Shown piece after piece: positions 23,064 to 32,000 of a stretch of DNA of 32,000 nucleotides (within the stretch, counting starts at the first letter, position 1; every line of letters starts with the position of its first letter). The stretch is from Aciduliprofundum boonei T469 (GTDB lineage: Archaea > Thermoplasmatota > Thermoplasmata > Thermoplasmatales > Aciduliprofundaceae): assembly GCF_000025665.1 (NCBI RefSeq), contig NC_013926.1, positions 180,001-212,000 of the forward strand. Reading direction: 5' to 3'. The notes beneath the pieces are model-generated. The model searched no databases, had not been told where the DNA came from, and saw nothing but the letters and a program-made list of their open reading frames with translations. The position numbers and the translations under genes were made by a program.

Positions 23064-23071
23064 TTTATTAA
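23064..23071 (+). promoter_or_regulatory. TATA box (TTTATTAA) for XPD; leaderless spacing to a GTG start
   Basis: Centre 25.5 nt upstream of GTG 23093. Confidence 0.45.
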
Positions 23072-23092
23072 TCTTGAGATTTTTGGCGCTTT

Positions 23093-24952
23093 GTGAGATT
23101 TCCATACAAGTATCGCAAAGGGCAAAAGGATATCGTCAAGGATATTGAAGAAGTCCTGGAGAATAGAATGCATATGGTATTTGAGGCCCCTACAGGCTCT
23201 GGAAAGACCATTGCCACACTATATCCCGCTGTAAAATACGCAATTAAGAACGATAAAAAAGTAATTTATTTGGTACATACAAATTCTCAAGAAAGGCAGG
23301 TAATAAAAGAAGCAAAGAAGCTCGAAATAAGGGCAATAGCCCTTCAAGGCCGTGCAAATCTATGTCCTCTTGCTAGGGAGAGAAACGAGTTGCAGCATGG
23401 CTCTCCAGATGAACTTGCTCTGCTTTGCAATAAATTGAAGAAGGATGTTAAAGAGGGAAATGAGAACGCCTGCATTTATTATGCAAACTATTTAAAAAAT
23501 GGAAATGATATAAGAAAAATTATAGAGGAGAACCCAACAGCAGAGGAATTTTTTGAAAAAGCTATGAATTTAAAAATATGTGCATATGAAGCCATAAAAG
23601 ATGCTCTACCAGATGCAACGGTGATAGTTTTCCCTTACATCTATTTTTTCTTTCCCTTTATAAGGCGTGGAATAATGGACAAAATTGGAGTGCCTATGGG
23701 GGACATTATTCTCATAGTTGATGAAGCCCACAATATTCCAGATTTCGCAAGGGAACTAAAAAGCATGGAGCTAAGCGTGAATTCATTAGAAAATATGGAA
23801 AAAGAGGCTCTGGATTATGGAAATCCACAAGTTTTGGGGCATAGTATAGCGGATATTGCAGAGTTCTTAAAAGAGGCAATCTACAAGATGCAAAAATTTG
23901 TTGAAGATGAAGAGGGAATAATACCACATTATGCCTTTGAAGAAGAGGTATCCAATGTTTTGGGAATTAGCATAAACGACTTTGACACTTTAGCCAAGGA
24001 TTTAATTTATTATGGTGAGATGGTGAGAGAGAACAAGGTAAAGCATAGGAAACTTCCAAGATCCTATATGTATCATACTGGCTCATTCCTGTATTTCTGG
24101 AGAGAAGCGTATTCTTACGAGTACATACGTCTAATAAAATGGGGCAAAACGCTATCTTTAGAGGTCTATTGCCTAGACCCTGCAACTGTTACGGATGCTT
24201 TGCTCAATGTTCATTCCTCCATCCATTTATCGGGAACTTTAGTGCCGAATGAGTACAAAAATATAGTTGCACTTCCAGATAATACAATAACAAAAAGGTA
24301 TCCATCACCCTTTCCCAAGGAGAATCTAAAAATTTTATATGTGGATGATGTCACCACAAAATACGGAGAGGTAGATGAAAACCTGCCCCGCATTGCCGAG
24401 CATCTAACAAAAATAATCAGCATCGGGAAAAACACCGCTATATTCTTTCCCTCATACTCGCTTCTATCAAAAATTAAAGAATTGCTTGATTCAAAAATTT
24501 TGAGCGAGGAGAGGGGCATGAAAACATACAGTCTGTTTCAGATGATTGAGAATTTCAAAGAAAAAGGTGGTTCTATTCTCTCAGTAATAGGTGGAAGAAT
24601 TTTTGAAGGTCTTGATTTTCCAGGCAAACTCTTAGAAATTGTTGTAATTGTAGGAATACCTTATCCAAAACCAACACCAAAAGTCAAAGCTCTTCAAAGA
24701 TACTACGACTCGAAATTTGGCAACGGATGGGAATATGCATTTAGAATGCCTGCTTTGATAAAAATGCGCCAGGCCATAGGTAGATTAATAAGAAGCGAAG
24801 AAGACAGGGGCATTGCCATAATATTGGACAAGAGAGCCGCATCATTCAAAGGGGATTTACCCCTGGAAAAGGCAGAAAATTTAGTGAAAGAAATAAGGGA
24901 GTTTTTCCAAGGGAATGAAAAAGGGGAGGAGGGGCGTCATCGTGAGCCATAA
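23093..24952 (+). CDS. xpd: XPD/Rad3-family 5'-3' DNA helicase with a 4Fe-4S domain
   Basis: Walker A EAPTGSGKT, DEAH box VDEAHNIP, four Cys between motifs Ia and II (LCPL, LCNKL, ACIYY, ICAYE), and C-terminal motifs GGRIFEGLDF and QAIGRLIRS. GTG start. Confidence 0.92.
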   Translation: MRFPYKYRKGQKDIVKDIEEVLENRMHMVFEAPTGSGKTIATLYPAVKYAIKNDKKVIYLVHTNSQERQVIKEAKKLEIRAIALQGRANLCPLARERNELQHGSPDELALLCNKLKKDVKEGNENACIYYANYLKNGNDIRKIIEENPTAEEFFEKAMNLKICAYEAIKDALPDATVIVFPYIYFFFPFIRRGIMDKIGVPMGDIILIVDEAHNIPDFARELKSMELSVNSLENMEKEALDYGNPQVLGHSIADIAEFLKEAIYKMQKFVEDEEGIIPHYAFEEEVSNVLGISINDFDTLAKDLIYYGEMVRENKVKHRKLPRSYMYHTGSFLYFWREAYSYEYIRLIKWGKTLSLEVYCLDPATVTDALLNVHSSIHLSGTLVPNEYKNIVALPDNTITKRYPSPFPKENLKILYVDDVTTKYGEVDENLPRIAEHLTKIISIGKNTAIFFPSYSLLSKIKELLDSKILSEERGMKTYSLFQMIENFKEKGGSILSVIGGRIFEGLDFPGKLLEIVVIVGIPYPKPTPKVKALQRYYDSKFGNGWEYAFRMPALIKMRQAIGRLIRSEEDRGIAIILDKRAASFKGDLPLEKAENLVKEIREFFQGNEKGEEGRHREP

Positions 24953-24957
24953 TAAGT

Positions 24958-24979
24958 GATTCGTATACGATTCGTATAC
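24958..24979. repeat. perfect tandem 11-mer (GATTCGTATAC x2) containing the 10-bp palindrome TCGTATACGA
   Basis: Read directly from the sequence, 6 nt after the XPD stop, in the 111-bp spacer between convergent XPD and Lhr. Confidence 0.7.
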
Positions 24980-25063
24980 CCTGTGTAGATGTATGCAAAT
25001 CCACTATTTAAAATATTCGCCATGCTATTTGATAGCAAATACCGTTATTTTCTATGTTTCCAA

Positions 25064-28000
25064 TTAAGAGAAATAATTTTTGAACAATCTTTTAGCTTCC
25101 TCTGTGGTGTATTTTTGTATTTTGACGCTTCTTTTGCGCATAATTGCCTTTACTATTCCTACAATTTCACCCTCTTTTATAACCATATATCCCTGAAAAT
25201 CCATGGGTTTTATGTATTGCCAGAGCATAGATACTGGGTCCTTTGGGTCAAGAATAATAACATCATCGTAAATTTCGATATTTTCAATATTCTCCATATC
25301 CTCATTTGGAATTCTATAAAGATTTCCATCGTTGAGAAATATACCCTTGGTCAAATTCATCCTGTTTAGAATTTCTGCAGATTCATAACTTGAAACATAT
25401 CCCCCACTCAAATGACAAACAATCTCGGGATTGACGAACCCTAAAATGTTAACCAAGTTCTCTACATATTTTTGAGAGGCATAATCCCTGGAGTATAAAG
25501 GCTTTATATAGATATAGCCTGAAGGATACTTTGCTATGTAATTTCCTGTGTAGAGAGATGTTAAAGCCCTCCTAGTTTTCTCACTTCCCAAAGGTGATTC
25601 TTCAATTATGCTGCGAACTTCCATCTTACCATACTTTTCAAGGATTTTCAATACAACTTCCATATCCTTATCTAAATGCATATTTTTCAAAGATTGGTAA
25701 ATACCAACATTCTCCTTGCTCGCATAAATAATATGTCCCTGCAAATCCAATGTCTCATAGAGAAGCTCAGAGTGGTAATACTTTTCAATCTCTATGGGCT
25801 TGTAAGCACGTACATTTTCCAATGAATTGTGTAAACCCATTAAGAATCTCGCAACATCAAGAGTGGTTTTTAACTTTCTTCCAGATATAACCCTGCTCTT
25901 CCAGAGGAGATAAGCAAAGATATCTTTAGGGGAAAATTGAATGGAACTTACATCTCCCGAAACATAGTAATCTCCTATTCTCCTATAGCTCTCATTTTTA
26001 GGATCATTTGAAGTTATTACAATACTCTCTTTTGCAAGAATTTCATAAGCATTTTTATTTCCCATAAATTCATTTACATAAATATGGTCTGAGTGTCTCT
26101 TTAATTCCATAATGCTTAGGAGTTTTCCATCCTTCACATAAACATGACTCAAAACTTCTCCAAAATGGTCATAGAGCTCATTCAATCTTGTGTATATATA
26201 AGGGTCATCCGATGGGATGATATACTCTCCCTTACCATCTCCCTCAATATTCCCCTCGGTATAATAGAATATTTTTCCTCCTGCACTTATCTTCTTGAAC
26301 TTCCCAAGATAATCTTTTGGATCCAGGGCCGTTATATTCTCAATATCTTTCTTCGTCAACGGACCATAGCCCTTCACTATTCTCTCAAAAAACTCTTCCA
26401 TACTTCCATTTGGCTGTATTTTCATTATTTTGAAAGGATAATCTCCGGGCTTTTTGTTTGGTAAAACTTTGCGATATATGTACAGATTATTCTCCAATTT
26501 CTCAATTATTTTCTTTATTTCATGAGGATACATGTTGCTCATTTCTTTAAGCGTGGAAAATGTGGCTCTATCTCCAAGCAATCCTATCTGAGACAGGACT
26601 TTGCGATCATTTTCATTTAGCCCTCTTTTTCTATACACTGCTATTAGTAGAGGCAAAGTTGCTCTGCTTGCATAGCACAGCCTACCTCTCATAAATCTTC
26701 CATAAAGTACCTCTTCCCTTCTCAAAGCCTCTGTAAATTGCTCATAGGCATTTCTTATACGCATAGAATCCTCATTAAAAAGTACCAAGAATTTTTCAAA
26801 ATACTCGTCCATGCCCATCTCTCTGACTATCTTTCCAAATCGATAGGCCTGCAAAGATTCTTCATCAATTCCTGATTCTTTCAAAATCTCGTTGTAATCG
26901 GAACGAAGCATGTACTGCTCTCCATAACCCACAAGAAACACGCCTTTAACAACCTCTCCCTCTTCAACCAAATATTTTAAAGCTTTCCTAATATCCTCCT
27001 CTGAAATATGCAGAGAATAAACTATCTCCTCAAAGGTTAGGGGAGCCCGGAAATAAAGGAGTTTTTTAATCAAAATCTCTAAAGCATAATTCCTTTCAAT
27101 TGTTATTCTTTCTCTCCTATACCAGTATGTCTTACCTTCCTTTATTTTGCGTCCTACAAGGTATGCTTTTTCCATACTTTTCAAAATTTCCAATACCTCT
27201 TGCACTTTTTTCTTTTTCTCCTTGGCAATCTCTTCGGCAGTTTTTAAACCTTCAAACTCCATTATGTTATCAGAATTCTTGGAGTAAAGAGTCGCAAATA
27301 TTGGATAATTTTGAGGTGTGGTCCAGAGAAGGCGTGTTGTGTAAACGGATACAATCTTATCATCCCAAATTAGTTCTTCAACCATCTTTTTGAGTTTATC
27401 GTTTGGTATCTCAGAGTAATCATAAATGTTTATACCCCTTCTCCGAAGTACATCAGTTCCGGGGGCTAAATCAAGAAAGCGCAAAATATCCTCTTTGCCC
27501 CTAACCTTTATCTTATTCTGAAAATAAGCACTTACTTGTGCCTCATCAAACATGGCAGCTAGTTCTTCCTTGGGTATCACTCTCTCCAAGAGTTTCATAT
27601 GCAGTTCCTTGAGCAATGCACTGCGGTCTTCCATTAAAACTATATCCGAAATACCCGATAGAATTATGCTATGAGCAAAGATGCTGGGTGTATCGCTATA
27701 TGGCACTATTTTAACTTCGATTTCACCATTTTCAATCTTCCTTAGAACTTCCTTTGCATGGGGCAAATCCATAACTATGTTGAATATCTCATTGTATGTC
27801 TCTTCCATAACTGGAAAATCCGGTATCTCGCTTAAAAGACGCAATATCTTATCGCTCCTAAGCTGCTGTCTTGCTACGGATATATCTCTTCCCTTGTATC
27901 TTCGCAGAACCATGAAAGAGCGAGATGCACAGTGTCTAAATCTCTGCTTGAAAAGCTCTGTATTAAATATGGCCCTCCGCAAGGCATCTTCAATCTCATC

Positions 28001-30130
28001 CGAACTTAAAAGATTCTTTATATCTTCAAGACGAATTCTACGCTTAAGGGTAAGCATAAAGGCATCATCGGTTATGCTTATACCAACATTTACACCATAC
28101 TTCTCGGTTATTTTGAAAGCGTAAGCTCTTGAAAGGGCATCATTGACCCTCCTCCCAAACGGATAATGGAAAATTATGTTGTGTTTCCCTGCAGGGTCCA
28201 CATACCCCTCTATCACAACCCTCTTGTGCGTGGGTACTATGTGGTGCATCCCCTGCTTTATATAAGATACGATACTTCTCGCACCCCTGTAATCCAGATA
28301 ATAATCCTTCATCAAAATCTCAATCGTCTTTTTCTCTCCTCTCTCCCTTATATTTTTCTCTACAAACTCTCTAAATTTTCCAACTTCAACACTTAGATCA
28401 AATGAGCGGGGGAGCATCTCGCCAACCCAAGAAGGAACTGTGGGTCTCTTACCTGTGGCATCTTTCACTACAACTTTCCCAGTTCTTATGCTCAGCACTT
28501 CATAGCTTCTCGCACCTAAAACAAAAACATCTCCTTTCTGCAATTTTTCTACAAATTTCTCGCTTAAGCTGCCCAATCTCTTCCCTTCGTGGTCAATAAC
28601 AAGATAATCTGCCTCATCTGGAATTGTACCCATGTTCATAAAATAAATCATTCTGCTACTGCGTTTCCTTCCAAATACCATGTCCTCCTCGTCAAACCAT
28701 ATCTTTGAATAAACTGTGTCCCCTAAAACATAGCCCCCGAGGTAGCGAAGCACTTGTATGAATTTCTCCTTGGGCAACTCGTGATAACAGTAAGAGGAGC
28801 GAATTATATTGTAGGCTTCATCCACATTCCACCTCTTCTCTATGCTCATACCCACTATGATTTGAGAGAGAACATCTAGAGAGTTCTTAGGAATTCTAAC
28901 TCTATCAATCTTGCCATCGTATGCGCATTTAACCAATGTGGTGCATTCTATTAGCTCATCATTATCAAAAACCAAGAATCTGCCTTTAGCCGTGGCACCA
29001 TAAGCATGTCCACTGCGCCCTATTCTCTGCAATCCCTTGGCGATGCTCTTTGGAGAGCCAATTTGCACAACCACATCAATGTACCCTATATCAATGCCCA
29101 ATTCAAGAGATGTTGAAGATATAACAGCCTTCAACTTCCCCTCCTTCAATGCTTTCTCAACTCTCAACCTCGTTTCTTTGCTCAAAGAGCCATGATGCGC
29201 TTCTAAATTTTCAATACCCTTCTCCTTAAGCTTGTAAGCCACATGCTCAGTTCCACTTCTAGTATTTGTGAAAATCAGCGTTGTACGATGCCTGTTTATT
29301 ATATCCACCAAAACATCGTACATCTTCTCATTTGCAACCTCGTAAGGCACGAGGGTTAAATCCTCAACAGGCGTTATAACCTTTAAATCAAGTTTTTTCC
29401 TCACCTCAACTTCAACAATACTCACATTCCTTGGCTCCTCCCCTTCATATCCAACAAGATACTTTGCAATCTCTTCTATGGGTGCTTGAGTTGCGCTTAG
29501 CCCTATTCGCTGAAAATTCTTGGCGAGATATTGCAACCTTTCAAGATTCAAAGATAGCATAACTCCCCTCTTATTATTTGCAAGCTCGTGTATCTCATCG
29601 ACAATTACATACCTAACATCCCTGAAACTCTCTCTAAACTTTGGGGCTGTGAGAACGAGGGATAGGGACTCAGGAGTGGTTATGAAAATATGAGGAGGCT
29701 TCCGAAGCATTTTTTGTCTCTCTGCAGTGCTCGTATCACCAGAGCGAACTGCTACACGAATCTTTGGAATTTTGACCCCTTTGCTCTTAGCCAGATCTTT
29801 TATCTCTTCCAAGGGCACTTCAAGGTTCCTATGTATATCATTTGCAAGGGCTTTGAGGGGGGATACATAAACGCAGTAGACCTTATCCTCAAGCTTTCCC
29901 TCTTTGGCTAAAAGAAATAATTCATTGATAATGGATATGAAAGCAGTCAGAGTTTTACCACTCCCTGTGGGTGAAGATACAAGAACATTCTTACCTGAAT
30001 GAATTAGGGGGATCGCATAAGCCTGAGGCTCTGTAAGCTCGGAATACTTGGAAGTAAACCACTCCCCTATAATCGGGTCAAAAAGCGATATCACCTCGTC
30101 CATGCTGTACATCTTAGTAGCTCTCTCCAT
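25064..30130 (-). CDS. lhr: Lhr-family ATP-dependent helicase, long form (1688 aa)
   Basis: SF2 motifs SPTGSGKT, VDEIHE, GLSATQ, LIFTNTRS, SSTSLELGIDIG, QRIGRSGH. An Lhr-specific DEAD-associated region follows (FHYPFGRRVNDALSRAYA). After that comes an extension of about 800 aa, rich in winged-helix-like segments. Confidence 0.92.
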   Translation of the reverse strand: MERATKMYSMDEVISLFDPIIGEWFTSKYSELTEPQAYAIPLIHSGKNVLVSSPTGSGKTLTAFISIINELFLLAKEGKLEDKVYCVYVSPLKALANDIHRNLEVPLEEIKDLAKSKGVKIPKIRVAVRSGDTSTAERQKMLRKPPHIFITTPESLSLVLTAPKFRESFRDVRYVIVDEIHELANNKRGVMLSLNLERLQYLAKNFQRIGLSATQAPIEEIAKYLVGYEGEEPRNVSIVEVEVRKKLDLKVITPVEDLTLVPYEVANEKMYDVLVDIINRHRTTLIFTNTRSGTEHVAYKLKEKGIENLEAHHGSLSKETRLRVEKALKEGKLKAVISSTSLELGIDIGYIDVVVQIGSPKSIAKGLQRIGRSGHAYGATAKGRFLVFDNDELIECTTLVKCAYDGKIDRVRIPKNSLDVLSQIIVGMSIEKRWNVDEAYNIIRSSYCYHELPKEKFIQVLRYLGGYVLGDTVYSKIWFDEEDMVFGRKRSSRMIYFMNMGTIPDEADYLVIDHEGKRLGSLSEKFVEKLQKGDVFVLGARSYEVLSIRTGKVVVKDATGKRPTVPSWVGEMLPRSFDLSVEVGKFREFVEKNIRERGEKKTIEILMKDYYLDYRGARSIVSYIKQGMHHIVPTHKRVVIEGYVDPAGKHNIIFHYPFGRRVNDALSRAYAFKITEKYGVNVGISITDDAFMLTLKRRIRLEDIKNLLSSDEIEDALRRAIFNTELFKQRFRHCASRSFMVLRRYKGRDISVARQQLRSDKILRLLSEIPDFPVMEETYNEIFNIVMDLPHAKEVLRKIENGEIEVKIVPYSDTPSIFAHSIILSGISDIVLMEDRSALLKELHMKLLERVIPKEELAAMFDEAQVSAYFQNKIKVRGKEDILRFLDLAPGTDVLRRRGINIYDYSEIPNDKLKKMVEELIWDDKIVSVYTTRLLWTTPQNYPIFATLYSKNSDNIMEFEGLKTAEEIAKEKKKKVQEVLEILKSMEKAYLVGRKIKEGKTYWYRRERITIERNYALEILIKKLLYFRAPLTFEEIVYSLHISEEDIRKALKYLVEEGEVVKGVFLVGYGEQYMLRSDYNEILKESGIDEESLQAYRFGKIVREMGMDEYFEKFLVLFNEDSMRIRNAYEQFTEALRREEVLYGRFMRGRLCYASRATLPLLIAVYRKRGLNENDRKVLSQIGLLGDRATFSTLKEMSNMYPHEIKKIIEKLENNLYIYRKVLPNKKPGDYPFKIMKIQPNGSMEEFFERIVKGYGPLTKKDIENITALDPKDYLGKFKKISAGGKIFYYTEGNIEGDGKGEYIIPSDDPYIYTRLNELYDHFGEVLSHVYVKDGKLLSIMELKRHSDHIYVNEFMGNKNAYEILAKESIVITSNDPKNESYRRIGDYYVSGDVSSIQFSPKDIFAYLLWKSRVISGRKLKTTLDVARFLMGLHNSLENVRAYKPIEIEKYYHSELLYETLDLQGHIIYASKENVGIYQSLKNMHLDKDMEVVLKILEKYGKMEVRSIIEESPLGSEKTRRALTSLYTGNYIAKYPSGYIYIKPLYSRDYASQKYVENLVNILGFVNPEIVCHLSGGYVSSYESAEILNRMNLTKGIFLNDGNLYRIPNEDMENIENIEIYDDVIILDPKDPVSMLWQYIKPMDFQGYMVIKEGEIVGIVKAIMRKRSVKIQKYTTEEAKRLFKNYFS

Positions 30131-30183
30131 TTATCTACCTCAGAATTGTAGGATTAGTGTATAAAAGCATAAAAGTTTTTGCC

Positions 30184-31035
30184 TCACAATTTTAAATTTC
30201 TCAGTATCCTTTTAGCAGTGGGGGTCGCAGCTATTCCCCCCTTCCCCGTCTCCCTTAAACTCTCAGGTAAAGCCCTACCGACCTTCTCCATTGCTTCTAC
30301 AACTTCATCAAATGGTATAACGCTCTCAATTCCAGCCATAGCCATCTCAGCACTAGCAATGGCAATATTCACCGCAGTTGCATTCCTCTTCACACAAGGC
30401 ACCTCCACAAAGCCCCCCACAGGGTCACATACAAGACCCATCAGAGATTTTAGAGCTATAGCAGCAGCGTGAGCGCATTTCTCCCCGTCCCCCGTGTAAT
30501 AATATGTTAGCATGGCAGCAGCCATTGCAGCTCCAGAACCTATCTCTGCCTGACATCCTCCCTCCGCACCTGCCAATGTGGCTTTCTTGGAAATTACATC
30601 CCCAATACCACCAGCCACAATAAAAGAATTAAGCAATTTATCAAAATCTTCTTCCTTACTCCACAATGCATAAACTATACCCGACATAACCCCACAGGCA
30701 CCAGCAGTTGGGCACGCTACGATTCTCCCCATTGCAGCATTACTCTCGGCAAAGCTCAAAGCGGATATCATTGCTACCCTGTTGAATTCGCTTATGAATT
30801 TTTGTTTGTAATTTTTCATCTTCCAAGCATTCGTACCTGTCATTCCCGTCAAGGTTCTCTGCTTCTTTCCAAAATTTCTGGCACCTTCTCTTATAATCGC
30901 TCTCAATATCTTAGCAGCTCCTTTCCTCGTAATTTCGGGTGGCACACCCATATTCTCATACTCAGTATCCAAAATTATCTCGTGCAAAGGCCTTTTTTTA
31001 TCCTTGCTTCTTTTAACCAAATCCCCAAAATTCAT
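30184..31035 (-). CDS. sdaAA: L-serine dehydratase, iron-sulfur-dependent, alpha subunit
   Basis: CPTAGACGV, GAEGGCQAEIGSGAAMAAA, DPVGGFVEVPCVKRN. The ORF-track start at 31041 is TTG. ATG at 31035 lies 2 nt after the sdaAB stop. Confidence 0.93.
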   Translation of the reverse strand: MNFGDLVKRSKDKKRPLHEIILDTEYENMGVPPEITRKGAAKILRAIIREGARNFGKKQRTLTGMTGTNAWKMKNYKQKFISEFNRVAMISALSFAESNAAMGRIVACPTAGACGVMSGIVYALWSKEEDFDKLLNSFIVAGGIGDVISKKATLAGAEGGCQAEIGSGAAMAAAMLTYYYTGDGEKCAHAAAIALKSLMGLVCDPVGGFVEVPCVKRNATAVNIAIASAEMAMAGIESVIPFDEVVEAMEKVGRALPESLRETGKGGIAATPTAKRILRNLKL

Positions 31036-31037
31036 CT

Positions 31038-31688
31038 TCAATCCCTCGGTATGTAAAATAACTCATAAACATAATCACATTCTTCCACTTTTTTTAAATC
31101 TTCCTTGGGCAAATTCTCATCCATTTCAATTATCCCTATCGCTATGTTCTCTGCAGCATTCACCCTGCGCATGTACAAATTCACGATATTCCTGGTGATA
31201 TTTTTCAGAATCTTGCTCATAGCTCCTACCTTGTCCTTCATAACTAGAACCAAGGTATTGTACTCCCAAGCAATATCGCATTCAACATCCTTGATTCTAA
31301 CTATCTTTATCTCTCCTCCCCCAATTGAAGAGCCCATCACATTGTAAATCTTCCCTCCTTTCCAAGTTTCAATAAGGACTGTGTTAGGATGCACATCTCC
31401 CAAATCCTCCTGGGCAAACTCATACTTGACTCCCAATTTATCTGCAATCTCATAGGCGTCCTTTATCCTTTCATCATTGGGCCTCATTCCCAAAATCCCT
31501 GCTAAAAGGGCTTTGTCAGTACCATGGCCTTTAAGGGTCTCCGCAAAAGAGCCATGAAGAGTGAACCTAACCTCCTCAGGAATACCTCCAGAAAATTTGT
31601 ATGCAAATCTTGCAATTCTCAGAGCGCCAAGAGTGTGTGAACTCGAGGGCCCAACCATAACGGGTCCAAGAACATCCAGTATTGCCAT
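31038..31688 (-). CDS. sdaAB: L-serine dehydratase, iron-sulfur-dependent, beta subunit (with ACT-like C-terminal domain)
   Basis: N-terminal GPVMVGPSSSHTLGA. Gene order beta-alpha with tight coupling. TTTATTCT (rc of 31710..31717) lies 25.5 nt upstream of the ATG. Confidence 0.93.
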   Translation of the reverse strand: MAILDVLGPVMVGPSSSHTLGALRIARFAYKFSGGIPEEVRFTLHGSFAETLKGHGTDKALLAGILGMRPNDERIKDAYEIADKLGVKYEFAQEDLGDVHPNTVLIETWKGGKIYNVMGSSIGGGEIKIVRIKDVECDIAWEYNTLVLVMKDKVGAMSKILKNITRNIVNLYMRRVNAAENIAIGIIEMDENLPKEDLKKVEECDYVYELFYIPRD

Positions 31689-31764
31689 ATCTACTCTATA
31701 AGATGCATAAGAATAAATCTTTTTCGTGAGGAAAATTTATCTATATGCTTGAGATTTGCTTACT

Positions 31765-32000
31765 ATGAAACCTCGCATAATTAAAGGAAGAATATGGATG
31801 ATAAGGGACAAAGATGGGAAAAGAATTGATAACATTGATACCGATATGATTTTTCATAATAAATACCTCTACATCACAGATTTGAAAGAAATGGGTAAGT
31901 ATGCGTTTTCCAATCTTCCAGGCTGGGAGGATTTTCCGAAAAAAGCTAAAGAAGGGGATATCTTGATCGTTGGTCGTAATTTCGGTGCGGGAAGCTCTAG
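31765..32000 (+). CDS. aconitase-family small subunit (LeuD / homoaconitase / methylmalate dehydratase small subunit), N-terminal fragment
   Basis: Hand translation gives MKPRIIKGRIWMIRDKDGKRIDNIDTDMIFHNKYL...GDILIVGRNFGAGSS. It contains the family blocks DNIDTDxI and GxNFGxGSS. TATA-like TTTATCTA (31736..31743) lies 25.5 nt upstream. The ORF runs off the window. Confidence 0.85.
   Translation, partial: MKPRIIKGRIWMIRDKDGKRIDNIDTDMIFHNKYLYITDLKEMGKYAFSNLPGWEDFPKKAKEGDILIVGRNFGAGSS

Noticed and set aside
24958-24979. The tandem repeat as a CRISPR array or minisatellite.
   Set aside because: There are only two 11-bp units with no spacers. No other copies occur in the window and no cas genes are present.
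24989-25369. A 126-aa plus-strand ORF spanning the XPD-Lhr spacer and the Lhr 3' end.
   Set aside because: It is mostly antisense to the well-supported Lhr C-terminus. The sequence is Phe/Tyr/Ile/Asn-rich and low-complexity, with no promoter geometry like the other first genes.
25064-30130. An intein as the explanation for the 1688-aa length of Lhr.
   Set aside because: All SF2 helicase motifs (I, II, III, IV, V, VI) are contiguous with normal spacing. No Cys/Ser...His-Asn-Cys/Ser/Thr splice-junction blocks or homing-endonuclease motifs (LAGLIDADG) are visible. The extra length is a C-terminal extension.

Overview
The window is a compact, AT-rich archaeal chromosome segment. Hand counts give about 35-40% GC in most 60-nt lines. 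The tRNA stems are very GC-rich and the proteins are Lys/Glu/Ile-rich, so this is probably a thermophilic euryarchaeon; I cannot name the species. About 97% of the window is coding. I call 33 CDSs, two of them partial at the window edges, and 4 tRNAs, one with a canonical bulge-helix-bulge (BHB) intron. There are no rRNA genes, CRISPR arrays, transposases or integrases. Housekeeping core: the archaeal exosome/proteasome superoperon (psmA, SBDS, rrp4, rrp41, rrp42, eL43, plus a 43-aa rpoP missing from the ORF track), pheS, a phosphohexomutase, RFC small subunit, XPD, Lhr, split L-serine dehydratase, and a LeuD-like fragment. Four loci deserve most attention. (1) Positions 1-5083 hold a tightly coupled five-gene operon: BASS/ACR3-like transporter, M20 hydrolase, 169-aa helical protein, PFL2-type glycyl-radical enzyme (GRE) with a Cys-x-Glu loop, and its activase. 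This is an orphan archaeal GRE pathway. (2) Positions 5166-8443 hold a SHOCT + beta-helix (Toastrack/bactofilin-like) protein, a LiaF-TM-like miniprotein and an ABC-2 exporter. They are divergent from a wHTH regulator that carries its own SHOCT-like tail, and nested palindromes lie in the shared promoter. (3) A 1688-aa long-form Lhr has a C-terminal extension of about 800 aa that appears to contain two AlkZ/Lhr-CTD-like modules. (4) pheS shows a sharp intragenic GC and codon-usage switch. Many ORF-track N-termini start at TTG/GTG. I trimmed these to ATG starts that have Shine-Dalgarno (SD) motifs or leaderless TATA spacing. All product calls rest on motif recognition by eye; no searches were run.
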